DNA from: Tubulanus polymorphus
Taxonomy: Eukaryota > Animalia > Nemertea
Direction of reading: 5' to 3'
DNA length: 64,000 nt
Assembly (NCBI RefSeq): GCF_964204645.1
Contig: NC_134027.1
Coordinates: forward strand, 4,806,485-4,870,484
This document shows, in pieces, positions 50,421 through 61,789 of this stretch (its first letter is position 1; each line of letters opens with the position of its first letter). The notes under the pieces are model-generated. The model saw only the letters and a program-made list of their open reading frames with translations. It ran no database searches and was not told where the DNA came from. The position numbers and the translations under genes were made by a program.

Positions 50421-50792
50421 ATTAACCATTCTTGCCGCTACTTTGCAGCAGTAACCATCTATACCACCTGATTGTGGCAGTAGCCTTCTTAGGAGTCATC
50501 AATTCTAATACCATGGTCGGCTTTTTCAAATGTCTTTCGGGATATAAACCATCCTTGCCACTACTTTGCAGCAGTAACCATCCATACCGCCTAATTGTGG
50601 CGGCAGTAGCCTTCTTAGGAGTCATCAATTCTAATGCCATGGTTGGCCTTTTCAAATGTCTTTCGGGATATAAACCATCCTTGTATTGCTTTGCAGCAGT
50701 AACCATCCATATCACCTGATTGTGGCAGTAGCCTTCTTAGGAGACATCTATTCTAATGCTTTGGTCGGCCGTTGTAAATCTCTTTCGAGATA
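50421..50792. repeat. 123-125-bp tandem array (3 copies)
   Basis: CTTTGCAGCAGTAACCATC recurs at 50441, 50564 and 50689. Confidence 0.9.
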
Positions 50793-50857
50793 TGCAGGGA
50801 ATCGATTTCTACAATAACTCCTATGGAGTTTGAAAAAGTGGATTTTTCAAATCAAAA

Positions 50858-51012
50858 GGAACTGCTATGATTCACATAATGTGATTCCTTATCAAACTTT
50901 ATCGGAACATGGAGAAGGATTAGCTATGTTTCACACATAATGCGTTTCCTTATGAAGCTGAAAATAATGTGGAGAAGGAACAGCTATGCTTCACATAATG
51001 CAATTCCTTAGG
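50858..51012. repeat. Degenerate tandem array of about 59 bp (3 copies)
   Basis: GGA..GCTATG.TTCACATAATG...TTCCTTA occurs three times. Confidence 0.75.
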
Positions 51013-51435
51013 AAATTTCATTGAAACAGATTGTTCAATGTTCCATGTTGCCCCCTCCCCCAAATACTATGACGTTTATACGTCAAGTGTAAAACCATTA
51101 TATCGTTATTAACATACTCGTTTTTCTAATTACAGAATTAAAGATTAATTAAATATGATGCGAAAACTTGAATGATTGAAATGTTAATATCTAATGCTCA
51201 ACAACGGAGGGAAATCCTTCACATGTGATTGGAAGGATTTAAAATGTTTCTCATAAGGAAAGGTATATATATTTATATACGTGAGATTGTCTGGATTAAA
51301 AATTGCACAAGAAAGGAAACCACAGCAAAGACAACGGTAATCAATTTCATTACATTTCTTCGGTGTGAAAGTTCACTCGATCGGTGATCAATGCATGAAT
51401 TTTGTTCATAATTGAACATAGGATAGAATAGAAAA

Positions 51436-52326
51436 ATGCAAAAATGCAATGATAGAGATTCTTGGATAAAGAAAGTATGAAATAAAGATCTCGGATTAGA
51501 GAATTGTTGTTATCACATGAGTGAAGATTTATTGGTTGCTATTGATCTCTTTTGATCCTAACGATCATCAGGATCAAGGTTTCAGTCAAAAATTCTCATT
51601 ATATTAGTTCTGCATCTCTTGTTGAAAGGTTGGTGGGAGAGGAGATCTGAGATATGAGATAGGAGGTTCAGGCATATTTAGAGAGGTATGAGAGAGGCAG
51701 TTCAGGAAATATGAGAGAGGAGGTCCAGGGAGATATGATAGAGGAGTTTATGAAGATATGATAGAGGAGATGGTCTAAAAGAAAATTCTTAGGTTCATAA
51801 CAATCGAGCAACTCAGTAATAGACACGGCTCTGATAAAGTAACTCATAGTCCTTGATTGGGGTCTAAATTGCAGGAATTGCGTTTAGCAATTAAAATATG
51901 GTTGATAGAGCGTGGAATTGTTTCCATGTAGGCAAGCAATGCACAGAACATGCATCGGATTAAGGCTGTTGAGAGTGAATTATCAATAGATTTAAGAAAT
52001 CTACAATGAAGTTGTTTTCAAGAGGTCTATCATTCATATGGTTGTTAATCAGATGAAGTCTCAGGTGCTTCCTCTGTCCCCAAAAATAAGTTGTATCAAA
52101 GTATGTGATATAACCTACTAATTGATTACATGAAAAGAGGCTACTTGTAGTTTCTCAGCCACTTTGCAATCATTGTTGTGAAGAGGTCACAAAATCCAAA
52201 CTAAAACCAGCATCATCAATAGATTTTCTACTGACTGAGACCCGGTCATACTGCACATGTTGAACAGTTTGTTGTATTTTTGTGGTTCCAGTTTCTCACG
52301 TTCCAAGATAGAACAAAGTTTTTGAG
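51436..52326 (+). pseudogene. Decayed orphan ORF with a Cys-rich C-terminus
   Basis: Fragments SKLQELRLAIKIWLIERGIVS, HRIKAVESELSIDLRNLQ and LCNHCCEE...YCTC*TVCCIFCGS, with several stops, a frameshift and an internal GAGATATGAGAGAGGAGG-type repeat. Confidence 0.35.
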
Positions 52327-54267
52327 TCCTTCATTGCTGAAATTCCAATTTACTACAAATTTCCTATTTCCCAATTTCAATTGAAATTCCAATTTACTAC
52401 GAGTTTCCTAATCTTAACTTTCCAAAAGTTTGAATTTTTCCTAATATATCTCTGGGTGAAGATTTCAGTCCAGTTCTCAAAATTAATTACGGTTTTTGAA
52501 TATCTGCAAAATATGATTAATTATTTTCCTGGTTTCATTTTTTACTATTGCCCAAAATCATATTTTATGTGAATTATTATCGCTATTATTGGATTCTTTC
52601 AATGATGTTTTGGTTCGATATTATGATTGATCAAGGTGATCCATCTAAATCTATTTCATTGGTATAAATTATGAATTATTCACATCTGCAAACATTTCAT
52701 TGACACTTCTAAACTAGTAATTCTGAAAACACTCTAAAAACTATTTTATCTGTATTTTTAAGACAATTCTAGAAAGTATTTTAAATTATCTCAATTTTAA
52801 AGTATCCATAATATATAAAACTATTTTATCTCAATTTCAAAAAGATTGAAAAAACTTTTATATCTGAATTTAAAAATACCTGTGATATCTGAATTTTAAT
52901 CTATTAAAGAAACTATTTTATATCTGAATTTTAAAATACCTATGATATCTAAAAACTATCTAATCTGAATTTTATACTATTTCATTTGTATGTATTTTAT
53001 CTCAAAGTATCTTTTTAAACTATTTTACTTGTATATATTAAAATTTTTTTTTTGTTTATATTTAAAAAATATTTTATTTGTCTATATTTAAAAACTATTT
53101 TATTTGTATATATTCCTTTTAGAAAAATGATTTATTTGTATTTCAATACTAACTAAAAGATCAATTTGATGAAATATTTTATATTTGACAATCGCTGTTT
53201 ATATTTGAACCCCAGTGATTTCATGAGAATGGAATAACTGAAGGTCCAGGTTTTATCACCGAATACTCTTTGACACAATTACGTGGTCCACAACACAGAT
53301 ATAAATAGTGGTTATATAAAAGGCCCATGTTGTATATAGTGTGCGCATAAAGAGCTTTTACTCATAGTTGATGTAGGCTTTGTAAATATGAAATGTGATT
53401 GAGAATTTTTTCTCATACTTTCTTTACCTTTTTCTTATAATTTTTTTTTCAATTTTCTACCAACAATAGAAAATCAACTCATTTTCAGTCGGTGTTTCAC
53501 TATCATGGAATGCGATAAATAAAAAAAAACAGTCCAAGTGTATTTTTCATATGATATTTTCAGCATCTCGACGTATGAAATTGACATAGATTATTGAAGC
53601 GTAGATTCACAAAATCACTACTAGGTGGCGTGTCAGATTATTAGTTCAATGACATCAGATAAATATAATAATATAACCACTTGTAGTACAAACAGTAACG
53701 ACAAACTTTATTTTCCTGCACAATATACAAATAGTAGTAAAGTCCAATACTATCTTTGAATTAGAACTTCCTCTAGCCTATGAAAGATACACTCGGATTT
53801 TTTTATTTTATTTATTTCGTTACATACCGCAAAACCGTACTCAGTTCCACAGTTTGATTTGGATACAAGAATTTAAATACATACAATTGCACAACTGTTG
53901 AACTGGGATTTGTTAAATTGTGAGCATGACGTTTATAATTAATCACTAGTGTTAAGTTAGCCTTAGTTTAGATTAGTTGGTTTTTGTTAAGTCATTTTAT
54001 TAATTTTGGCTGTTTTAGATTTAATTGGTTCCAGTTGATTTAACTCTAGTTTAGTTTAAGTTTAAGTTCGCTTAGGTCAAGTTGATCAAGTTTTAACTAT
54101 TGATATTAACTTAAAGTACGTATAAACCTCTGATAAACTGAGGGTCAATTTATCTTATGATATGATAAGTTACACTCAGGTTATTAATCAATAATCCTGT
54201 TTAAGATCTCATTATTTTATGCAGTTCAGAGTTTTTCACTGAATAAAATAGTAACATCTTAGAATGT

Positions 54268-54581
54268 GATGAACTGAGGGTAAATTCATCATTGTTGAAA
54301 TTACTCTCAGGAGCATCATTAAAACAATGAATGAACTGAGGGTAAATTCATCATTGTTGAAATTACTCTCAGGATCATCATTAAAACAATGAATGAACTG
54401 AGGGTAAATTCATCATTGTTGAAATCACTCTCGGGATCATCATTAAAACAATGAATGAACTGAGAATAAATTCATCATTGTTGAAATCACTCTCGGGATC
54501 ATCATTAAAACAATGAATGAACTGAGGGTAAATTCATCAGTGTTGAAATCACTCTCAGGATCATCATTAAAACAATGAATG
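54268..54581 (+). repeat. 62-bp tandem array (5 copies)
   Basis: GAACTGAG recurs at 54271, 54333, 54395, 54457 and 54519. Confidence 0.95.
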
Positions 54582-56178
54582 TTTAAAATATTTTAGCGTT
54601 AACACCAGTTTCAATTACTCCCTGTTTTCTTGTTATTGATAATTAAATCAGGAGTTATAGAATAGATGATTTAATCTTTATTGTTAGATGAACTTGCACT
54701 TAATTAGATTAATTAGTAATGAATTAACTCTCAAGTCATTGATATATAATCTTTAATGTTAGCTTAATTTTAAGGATCTAGGGCATGGTCTTCCTGCACC
54801 CCTTGTTTTTATCTTTTCTCACGGCTTTCAAGGTTCTCGTACACATTTCATGCAGCTTTTTCATTCAATATCAATATCATCCTCAGTTGCCAGGTTTTAA
54901 TTGTCGTCTGCCGAAGCTCATGCCAACATAAACCCCGGCTGCCGACTCTTCACTGGTCTATTACATTGCTCAAGATTTCTTGGGTAGACAGGTTACCACT
55001 GAGCGGCCACTAGTCTATGTATTAAGTCAATCAGATGCGTTGTGTTTCGCCGGCAGATTCGCTACACATCTGATTGACTAGATATAAAGACTGGTGGCCG
55101 CTTAGCAGCAACCTGTCGACCCGAGATATCTTGGACAATGTCAGAGACCAATGATGGGTTTGTGACCAGGGTTTGTGTAAGCGTGAGTGCCGGTGGGCGG
55201 CAATAAAACCCTGGTGATTGAGGATGTATCGATGTACATATCAACACACAAAAAGCCAAACATAATAGGCGGCATTATTATTGGGAGGTGCACCTGGCCT
55301 AATATACCGCGCGGTAAAAACCACTCTTTCTGTGGTTGTGTAGTACCAGTAATTGATGATCATCGAGTGAGTGATTGGCCTGGCCCAGTTATTCCATTCC
55401 GAAATCACTTGGGTTCCGATTATGATTGACAAATAATATAAAGTATTTCATCAAATTGATCACACATTTTATCCGTACTTGTACATATTGTAAATATGTA
55501 AATAGCTTTTTATTTATATATATTATATTTTTTTTAGATTTTTTTATTGATTTTGATTTATACTTATAAATATCTTTAGATATCTTTTTAACTTAAGATT
55601 TTAATGAAAAATATAAATTATTTTATTTAAACATTTCAAGTATAATCTTAAAACTTTTTGATTTTCTAAACTTCATAATATCTATACATCAAATGTATTT
55701 TAGTGCAAATTTTGATATTTAATTGATAATTATTATTTTTAATTCTATTGAATGATTTTGATATTCAAAACAACTGAATGAATGCATTCAATCTTAGTTT
55801 GATACCGATATCACTTGTTGCATCTTTTGTTTTAACAAGGTTTTAACCTATAAGTTTGCAGCATTGATATTATTTCATTGCATTAGTCCCCGCCTCCTCA
55901 TTTATGGCTGATGGTTGATTTCAGATTTTCAGCTTCTGATAACGTTAATATTAATTCAATGCTACGTTATGTTTTGTTGTTTTTTTGTTTTATTTCATAC
56001 AAACGTTTTCAAATATGACTTTTTGTCGAATTGATATTTGGTATTGAAGAGGTTGAAATAATTATACATTTTTATAGAATTGTCTAAAATACTGTACCTA
56101 GAAACATATAAGTAGTATTGCTAGTGTACCTCTATTTCAAGTTATCCTGTGGTACGACGTTAAACTGCCTCTTTTTAA

Positions 56179-56466
56179 CCCTTTCAGTGCGTCTACACCG
56201 CAGTGCAGTGTATGAATTTGTGATGCATTTTGCTAGTACACCGCACGGCGGTGTATTGATGTAATTAGTAATTAGTTTTTATCTCTATTGAAAGATGGCA
56301 GCACCTGTCAAACATAGTGAAATATTAGTATCTAACGATATACTGCACCAGGGTGTAGTCGCACTATAGTGGTATTCCCGTTATTCAACACACTAGGGTG
56401 GAATTTTTCAAAATTTTCAAATTATCTCCAGCTCTATTGGGTATTGATTAGTCAGCACTGAAAGGG
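56179..56466. mobile_element. piggyBac-type MITE, copy 2, with TTAA TSD
   Basis: TTAA|CCCTTTCAGTGC ... GCACTGAAAGGG|TTAA. Confidence 0.93.
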
Positions 56467-56609
56467 TTAACAATACGTTTTATCCGTACATTTTATCAGT
56501 GATTTTTATCTATTTGTCCTGTGGTATGACGTTAAACTGCCTCTTTTTAACCGATTTTACCCGTATGTTTTATTGTTTTTATCATATGTTTTATCGTTTT
56601 TATCACCCC

Positions 56610-56940
56610 TTTTTTTCTACCTTTCTCTATCCTTTCCCTCTCTGTCTCTATCCTTTCCCTCTCTATCTCTATCCTTTCTCTCTCTGTCTAAATCCTTTCC
56701 CTTCTCTATCCTTTCCCTCTCTCTCTCTAACTCACTAACTCTCTTCCTCTTTCTCTAACCCACTAACTCTCTCCCTCTTTCTCTAATCCACTAATTCTCT
56801 TTTCCTCTTTCTCTAACCCACTAACTCTCTCCTCTCTCTCCTTTCTTCCTCTCACCCCTCTCCTTCATCCTTCCTCCTCTCTCCCTCCTCTCTCTCTTCC
56901 ACTCTCCTCTCTCTCTCTTTTTCTCTCTTTCTCTCTATCT
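56610..56940. repeat. Polypyrimidine (CT-rich) low-complexity tract
   Basis: Units such as CTCTATCCTTTCCCT and CTCTAACCCACTAA grading into (CT)n. Confidence 0.9.
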
Positions 56941-57108
56941 TGTAAATATTGTAAATTTGTAAATAGTAGTTTTTATTTCTCTTGTAAATATTGTAAATTT
57001 GTAAATAGTAGTTTTTATTTCTCTTGTAAATATTGTAAATTTGTAAATAGTAGTTTTTATTTCTCTTTTTAACTTTCTTGTAAATATTGTAAATTTGTAG
57101 ATAGCAGT
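56940..57108. repeat. 42-bp tandem array (about 4 copies)
   Basis: Unit TTGTAAATATTGTAAATTTGTAAATAGTAGTTTTTATTTCTC. Confidence 0.9.
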
Positions 57109-57539
57109 TTGTTTTATTCTTTTATTTTTATTTACTATTTTAGAGCCAATTATAATAAGCCTATATGTTCATAATTTTCATCGGATCACTTTATTCAATA
57201 CAACAGAATGAATGCATTCAATCTTGGTTTCAAACTATTACTTTTCACTTTTTACATACATTCGTAGCATTAATACCATTACATTAGATTAGTCCCTCCT
57301 CCTTTTGATTTAATATTTGAGAGAAGATTCTAGTTAAGCATATAGTAGCGTTTTACATCGAAGACAATTTGTCACAGGCTGAAGAGCATTTTATATCAGA
57401 TGTCAAGAAATAAGGATTGCAGTGACGTTGCTTCCTGTGATCTCTGATCTGTTAGCTTGCAAGTGTATTTAACTATCACTTGTTTGTAAATGATTGAGTG
57501 TACTTTACCATTACTGGTTTGCAATATGCTTTACCATCA

Positions 57540-58192
57540 TTGGTTGCGGTTATGAACAAACATCTCAAATGACTGTGCATACTTCCCCCTCACTGGTTGC
57601 AGTTCACTCCATTGGTTGCAGCTACGAACAATCATCTCATTGATTGTGCATACTTTTCCCTCACTGGTTGCAGTTCACTTGATCGGTTGCAGCTATAAAG
57701 AATCATCTCATTGATTGTGCATACTTTCCCCTCACCGGTTGCAGTTCACTCCATTGGTTGCAGCTACGAACAATCATCTCATCGATTGTGCATACTTTTC
57801 CCTCACTGATTGCAGTTCACTCCATTGGTTGCAGCTACGAACAATCATCTCATCGATTGTGCATACTTCCCCCTCACTGGTTGCTACTTCATTGGTTGCA
57901 GCTATGAACAATCATCTCAATGATTGAGCTTATTTCCCCTCACTGGTTTTGAAATATAATTTCCCCTCACTGATTGCAGTTCACTTCATTGGTTGCGGCT
58001 ATGAACAATCGTCTTATTGATTGTGCATACTTTTCCCTCACTGGTTGCAGTTCACTTTATTGGTTGCAGCTATGAACAATCATCTCATTGATTGTGCATA
58101 CTTTCCCCTCACTGGTTGCAGTTCACTTGATTGGTTGCAGCTATGAACAATCATCTCATCGATTGTGCATACTTCCCCTCACTGGTTTGCAG
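57540..58192. repeat. 71-72-bp tandem array (about 9 copies)
   Basis: Unit approximately TGGTTGCAGCTATGAACAATCATCTCATTGATTGTGCATACTTTTCCCTCACTGGTTGCAGTTCACTCCAT. Confidence 0.95.
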
Positions 58193-59304
58193 TTTTCAGC
58201 TTCGGTTTGATGATGATAAATGCTGATTTTATCATTGGCTCTACGCTAACAGTTATCAAAATGTTTGAAGCCTTTGCCAGACGTCTTGTGGGTTCGATCT
58301 CTCTAAGAAAAAGCTAAAAGGGTTTCGATTGGAATACAGTTTGTCTCCTCCAGCAACAAACGTCCATAGTCTAGAATAGACTGATTTGCATTTGTAAAAA
58401 AGCTTTGATTGGTGTATCGCTACATTTCCTACAAGACTCCTCTCTCTCTCCTCTCTCATCACGAAAAAAGTAAGACACAAATCTGAAAGTTAAGAGTTAT
58501 AAAACACTGTGGATGAATTTTTGCTAAATCAATTGGTGGTAATGAAAGTTAAGTGTTACAAAACACTGAAAGTTGGTGTCTTGAAACAATGATAAATGTA
58601 ATGAAACAGTGATAGATGTACTGATCTTGCGGTTGTTCTACCTCCTTCCTCTGCTACGAGGTGATATATCGTGCCATTTTTATATACAATATCAAAATCA
58701 TAGACAATTAAAATCTTGTGGTGGCATGGCTTCTTCTTTTGTTCTCTATAACCCCCGGTAATGGCCTTGCTATGACATCAAATGAGTATCAAATACAGAA
58801 GATACTCCTTTCTTCTCCTTTAAAAACAGCAAATACTGTTGTTTGCTACTGCATGTTGCTTATTCCACTCTGTTCTAGGGGTGATATTGAGTTTGGAGTC
58901 TTCTCCTTCCCTTGCCTTAATTGTCAAATACAATACCGATTACTTCCTTATTTGAAAACTACATGTTGCTGATGCTTGCTATCATTCAACTCTGTTTTGG
59001 TTGTGATATTGAGTTTTAAACGTAGTGTTAGGTGTACATGCCTCCTCTCTCTCCTCTCTCATCAACAATTAAATAAGACACGTATTGTTTGTATACATTT
59101 ACTTTTTTGCTGTGGTTTCCTCAATAGAAAAGTTTGAAATTGCTCATTGAATGCAGCGCATTTCAAACTATGGATCAATTACTGCTAAATCAATTGGTGG
59201 TGATGAAAGTTAAGTGTAACAAAACACTGTGGGTAAATTACTGCCAAATCAATCGGTAGTGATGAAAGTTAAGTGCTACAGAACACTATGGGTAAATAAC
59301 TGCT

Positions 59305-60395
59305 AATCCTCCTTTAATCCTGCTGCTTGCTGCTGGGTGTTAATTAATACACTCTGTTTTGGGGTGATATTGAGTGCAGGCGTCTCCTCCTTCCTTCTTC
59401 AACTGTCATGTAGAAACGTGACAAACAAACTGAATTGTCAGTGTGTTACAACACTGATGACCTCCTTTAATACTGCTGCGTGTTAATTAATACACTCTGT
59501 TTTGGGGTGATATTGAGTTCAGGAGTCTCCTCCTTCCTGCTCCAACTGTCATGTAGAAACGTGATAAACAAACTGAATTGTCAGTGTGTTACAACACTGA
59601 TGGCTTCCTTTAATACTGCTGCTTGCTACTGGTTGTTAATTGATACACTCTGTTTTGGGGTGATATTGAGTTCAGGAGTCTCCTCCTTCCTTCTTCAACT
59701 GTCATGTAGAAACGTGACAAACAAACTGAATTGTCAGTTTGTTACAACACTGATGGCCTCCTTTAATACTGCTGCTTGGTGCTGGTTGTTAACATTCTGT
59801 TCAGGGGTGTTATTGAGTGCAGGAGTCTCCTCCTTCCTTCTTCAGGTGTCACGTAGAAACGTGACAAACAAACTGAATTGTCAGTGTGGTACAACACTGA
59901 TGGCCTCCTTCAATACTGCACGTTGCTGGTGCGTGTTAATTCTTACCTCCTTCCCTGAACTTCTTGAATTATTACATTAAACATTATTACAATAAGACAT
60001 TACATTAAACATTATAACATCATAAATCATCCTCCTTAAATACTGCTGCTTGCTGCTGGCTCTGTTTTTGGGGTGATATTGAGTTCAGGAGTCTCCTCTT
60101 ACCTGCTTCAATTGTCATGTAGAAACGTGACAAACAAACTGAATTGTCAGTGTGTTACAACACTGATGACCTCCTTTAATACTGCTGCTTGCTGCTGGGT
60201 GTTAATTAATACACTCTATTTTGGGGTGATATTGAGTACAGGAGTCTCCTCCTTCCTTCTTCAATTGTCATGTAGAAACGTGACAAACAAACTGAATTGT
60301 CAGTGTGTTACAACACTGATGACCTCCTTTAATACTGCAGCTTGCTGCTGCATGTTAATTGATTTACTCTGTTATGGGGCGATATTGAGTTTGGG
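59305..60395. repeat. 153-bp tandem array (6-7 copies), with older degenerate relatives at about 58.8-59.0 kb and 60.95-61.1 kb
   Basis: CTCCTTTAAT-like anchor at about 59309, 59462, 59605, 59758, 59905, 60171 and 60324; shared GGGGTGATATTGAG and AAACTGAATTGTCAGTG motifs. Confidence 0.93.
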
Positions 60396-60404
60396 CGAGT
60401 TATG

Positions 60405-60920
60405 CTTCCTGATCGTCCTCATTACAACTTAACATTTTAAATGTATAAATATTCAAAACAGCTATCCATCGATAGCTTTGTGGTGGTTGAATCATTGAAA
60501 TGTTGCTGGTGTTGGTTCAGTGTGTATATTGTAATATATATCAGTTAATTGGTACTGATTATGTTTCCTGATCGTCCTTATTGTGACTTAACGTTTTAAA
60601 TGTATAAATATTCAAACAGCTATCCATCGATAGCTTTGTGGTGGTTGAATCTTTGAAATGTCGCTGGTGTTGGTTCAGTGTATATATTGTAATACATATC
60701 AGTGAATTGGGACTGATTATTTTTTCTGATGGTCCTCATTACGACTTTACGTTTTAAATGTATAAATATTCAAACAGCTATCCATCGATAGCTTTGTGGT
60801 GGTTAGTTAAATCATTGAAATGTCGCTGGTGATGGTTCTGTGTATATATTGTAATATATATCGGTGAATTGGGATTGATTATGTTTCCTGATCGTCCTTA
60901 TTGCGACTTTACGTTTTAAA
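60405..60920. repeat. Tandem array of about 160 bp (3.3 copies)
   Basis: TTCCTGATCGTCCT-like anchor at 60406, 60565, about 60723 and 60885; each full unit has the hairpin AGCTATC-CATC-GATAGCT. Confidence 0.92.
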
Positions 60921-61260
60921 ATCTTAAAATTGAGATTTAGTGATCCGTCCCTTCCTCTCTTGAATTGTCAAGTTAATTGTGACATAAACTGAATTATAAG
61001 TGACTTAAGGCTGGGGTGATATTGAGGTTTAATGCCTTCCCATCCTTTCCCTTCTTGAATTGACAAATAAATAGTGATATAAACTGAATTGTTAGTGACT
61101 TGGTTATATTACTCCACTTAAGGAGAGATAAAATTGTCAGCGTCTAAACTCTGATGATGAGGTAAACCAGTTTCTAAGTCTGTGAGCTGACAGTGTAAAA
61201 AAACTGTTAGAATTCAAATTGCTTTAAACATCTTCAGAAAGATGGTTGATCATCTTAAAC

Positions 61261-61343
61261 ACTTGACATCCCACTTTGCACTTGACGTCCCACTTTGCAT
61301 TTGACGTCCAAATTTGCACTTGACGTCCCACTTCGCACTTGCA
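61261..61343. repeat. 19-bp tandem array (4 copies) carrying TGACGTC
   Basis: ACTTGACGTCCCACTTTGC and variants. Confidence 0.9.
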
Positions 61344-61789
61344 CCGATGCATCAATTGCACTAAACAGCACTGGCACACCCGCGGGTCCATGCGCATGGT
61401 AAGCAAATTGATCAGCATGTAGCCTGCCATCTTTGTGTGTGGAAAGAATTTACAATCAGCTGTTAGATTAAAATTAAGGAACGTTAAGAAACGTATTATT
61501 CGTATCTTTCCTTGTACAATCTCAAATAACGATGATGTAAAGAAAAAGAAAAACATTTTATGATGTTAAAATTATCAAAATGTTAAGTAATTAAATATCA
61601 ATTTGTAAAACAAGAGGAAAGAGAAAGATGAAAGTACCAGAAAGAGAAGTGTTGGATTGGTGTCTGTTGTCAGCAGAAATCTGAGGTACTCTACTGAGGA
61701 ATCTCCACGCCACAACCCCCCCCCCCCCCAAACAGAAAGTTCAAGATGATACTGAAAGTTCCTGAGGTTCTTAGAAATTTCACTAAGTA

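Noticed and set aside
60405-60920. Tiny introns in the 160-bp array, and likewise in the 59-bp array at 50.9 kb
   Set aside because: Candidate donors are poor (GTTTTA, GTGTGT, or GA instead of GT) and could arise by chance in AT-rich DNA.
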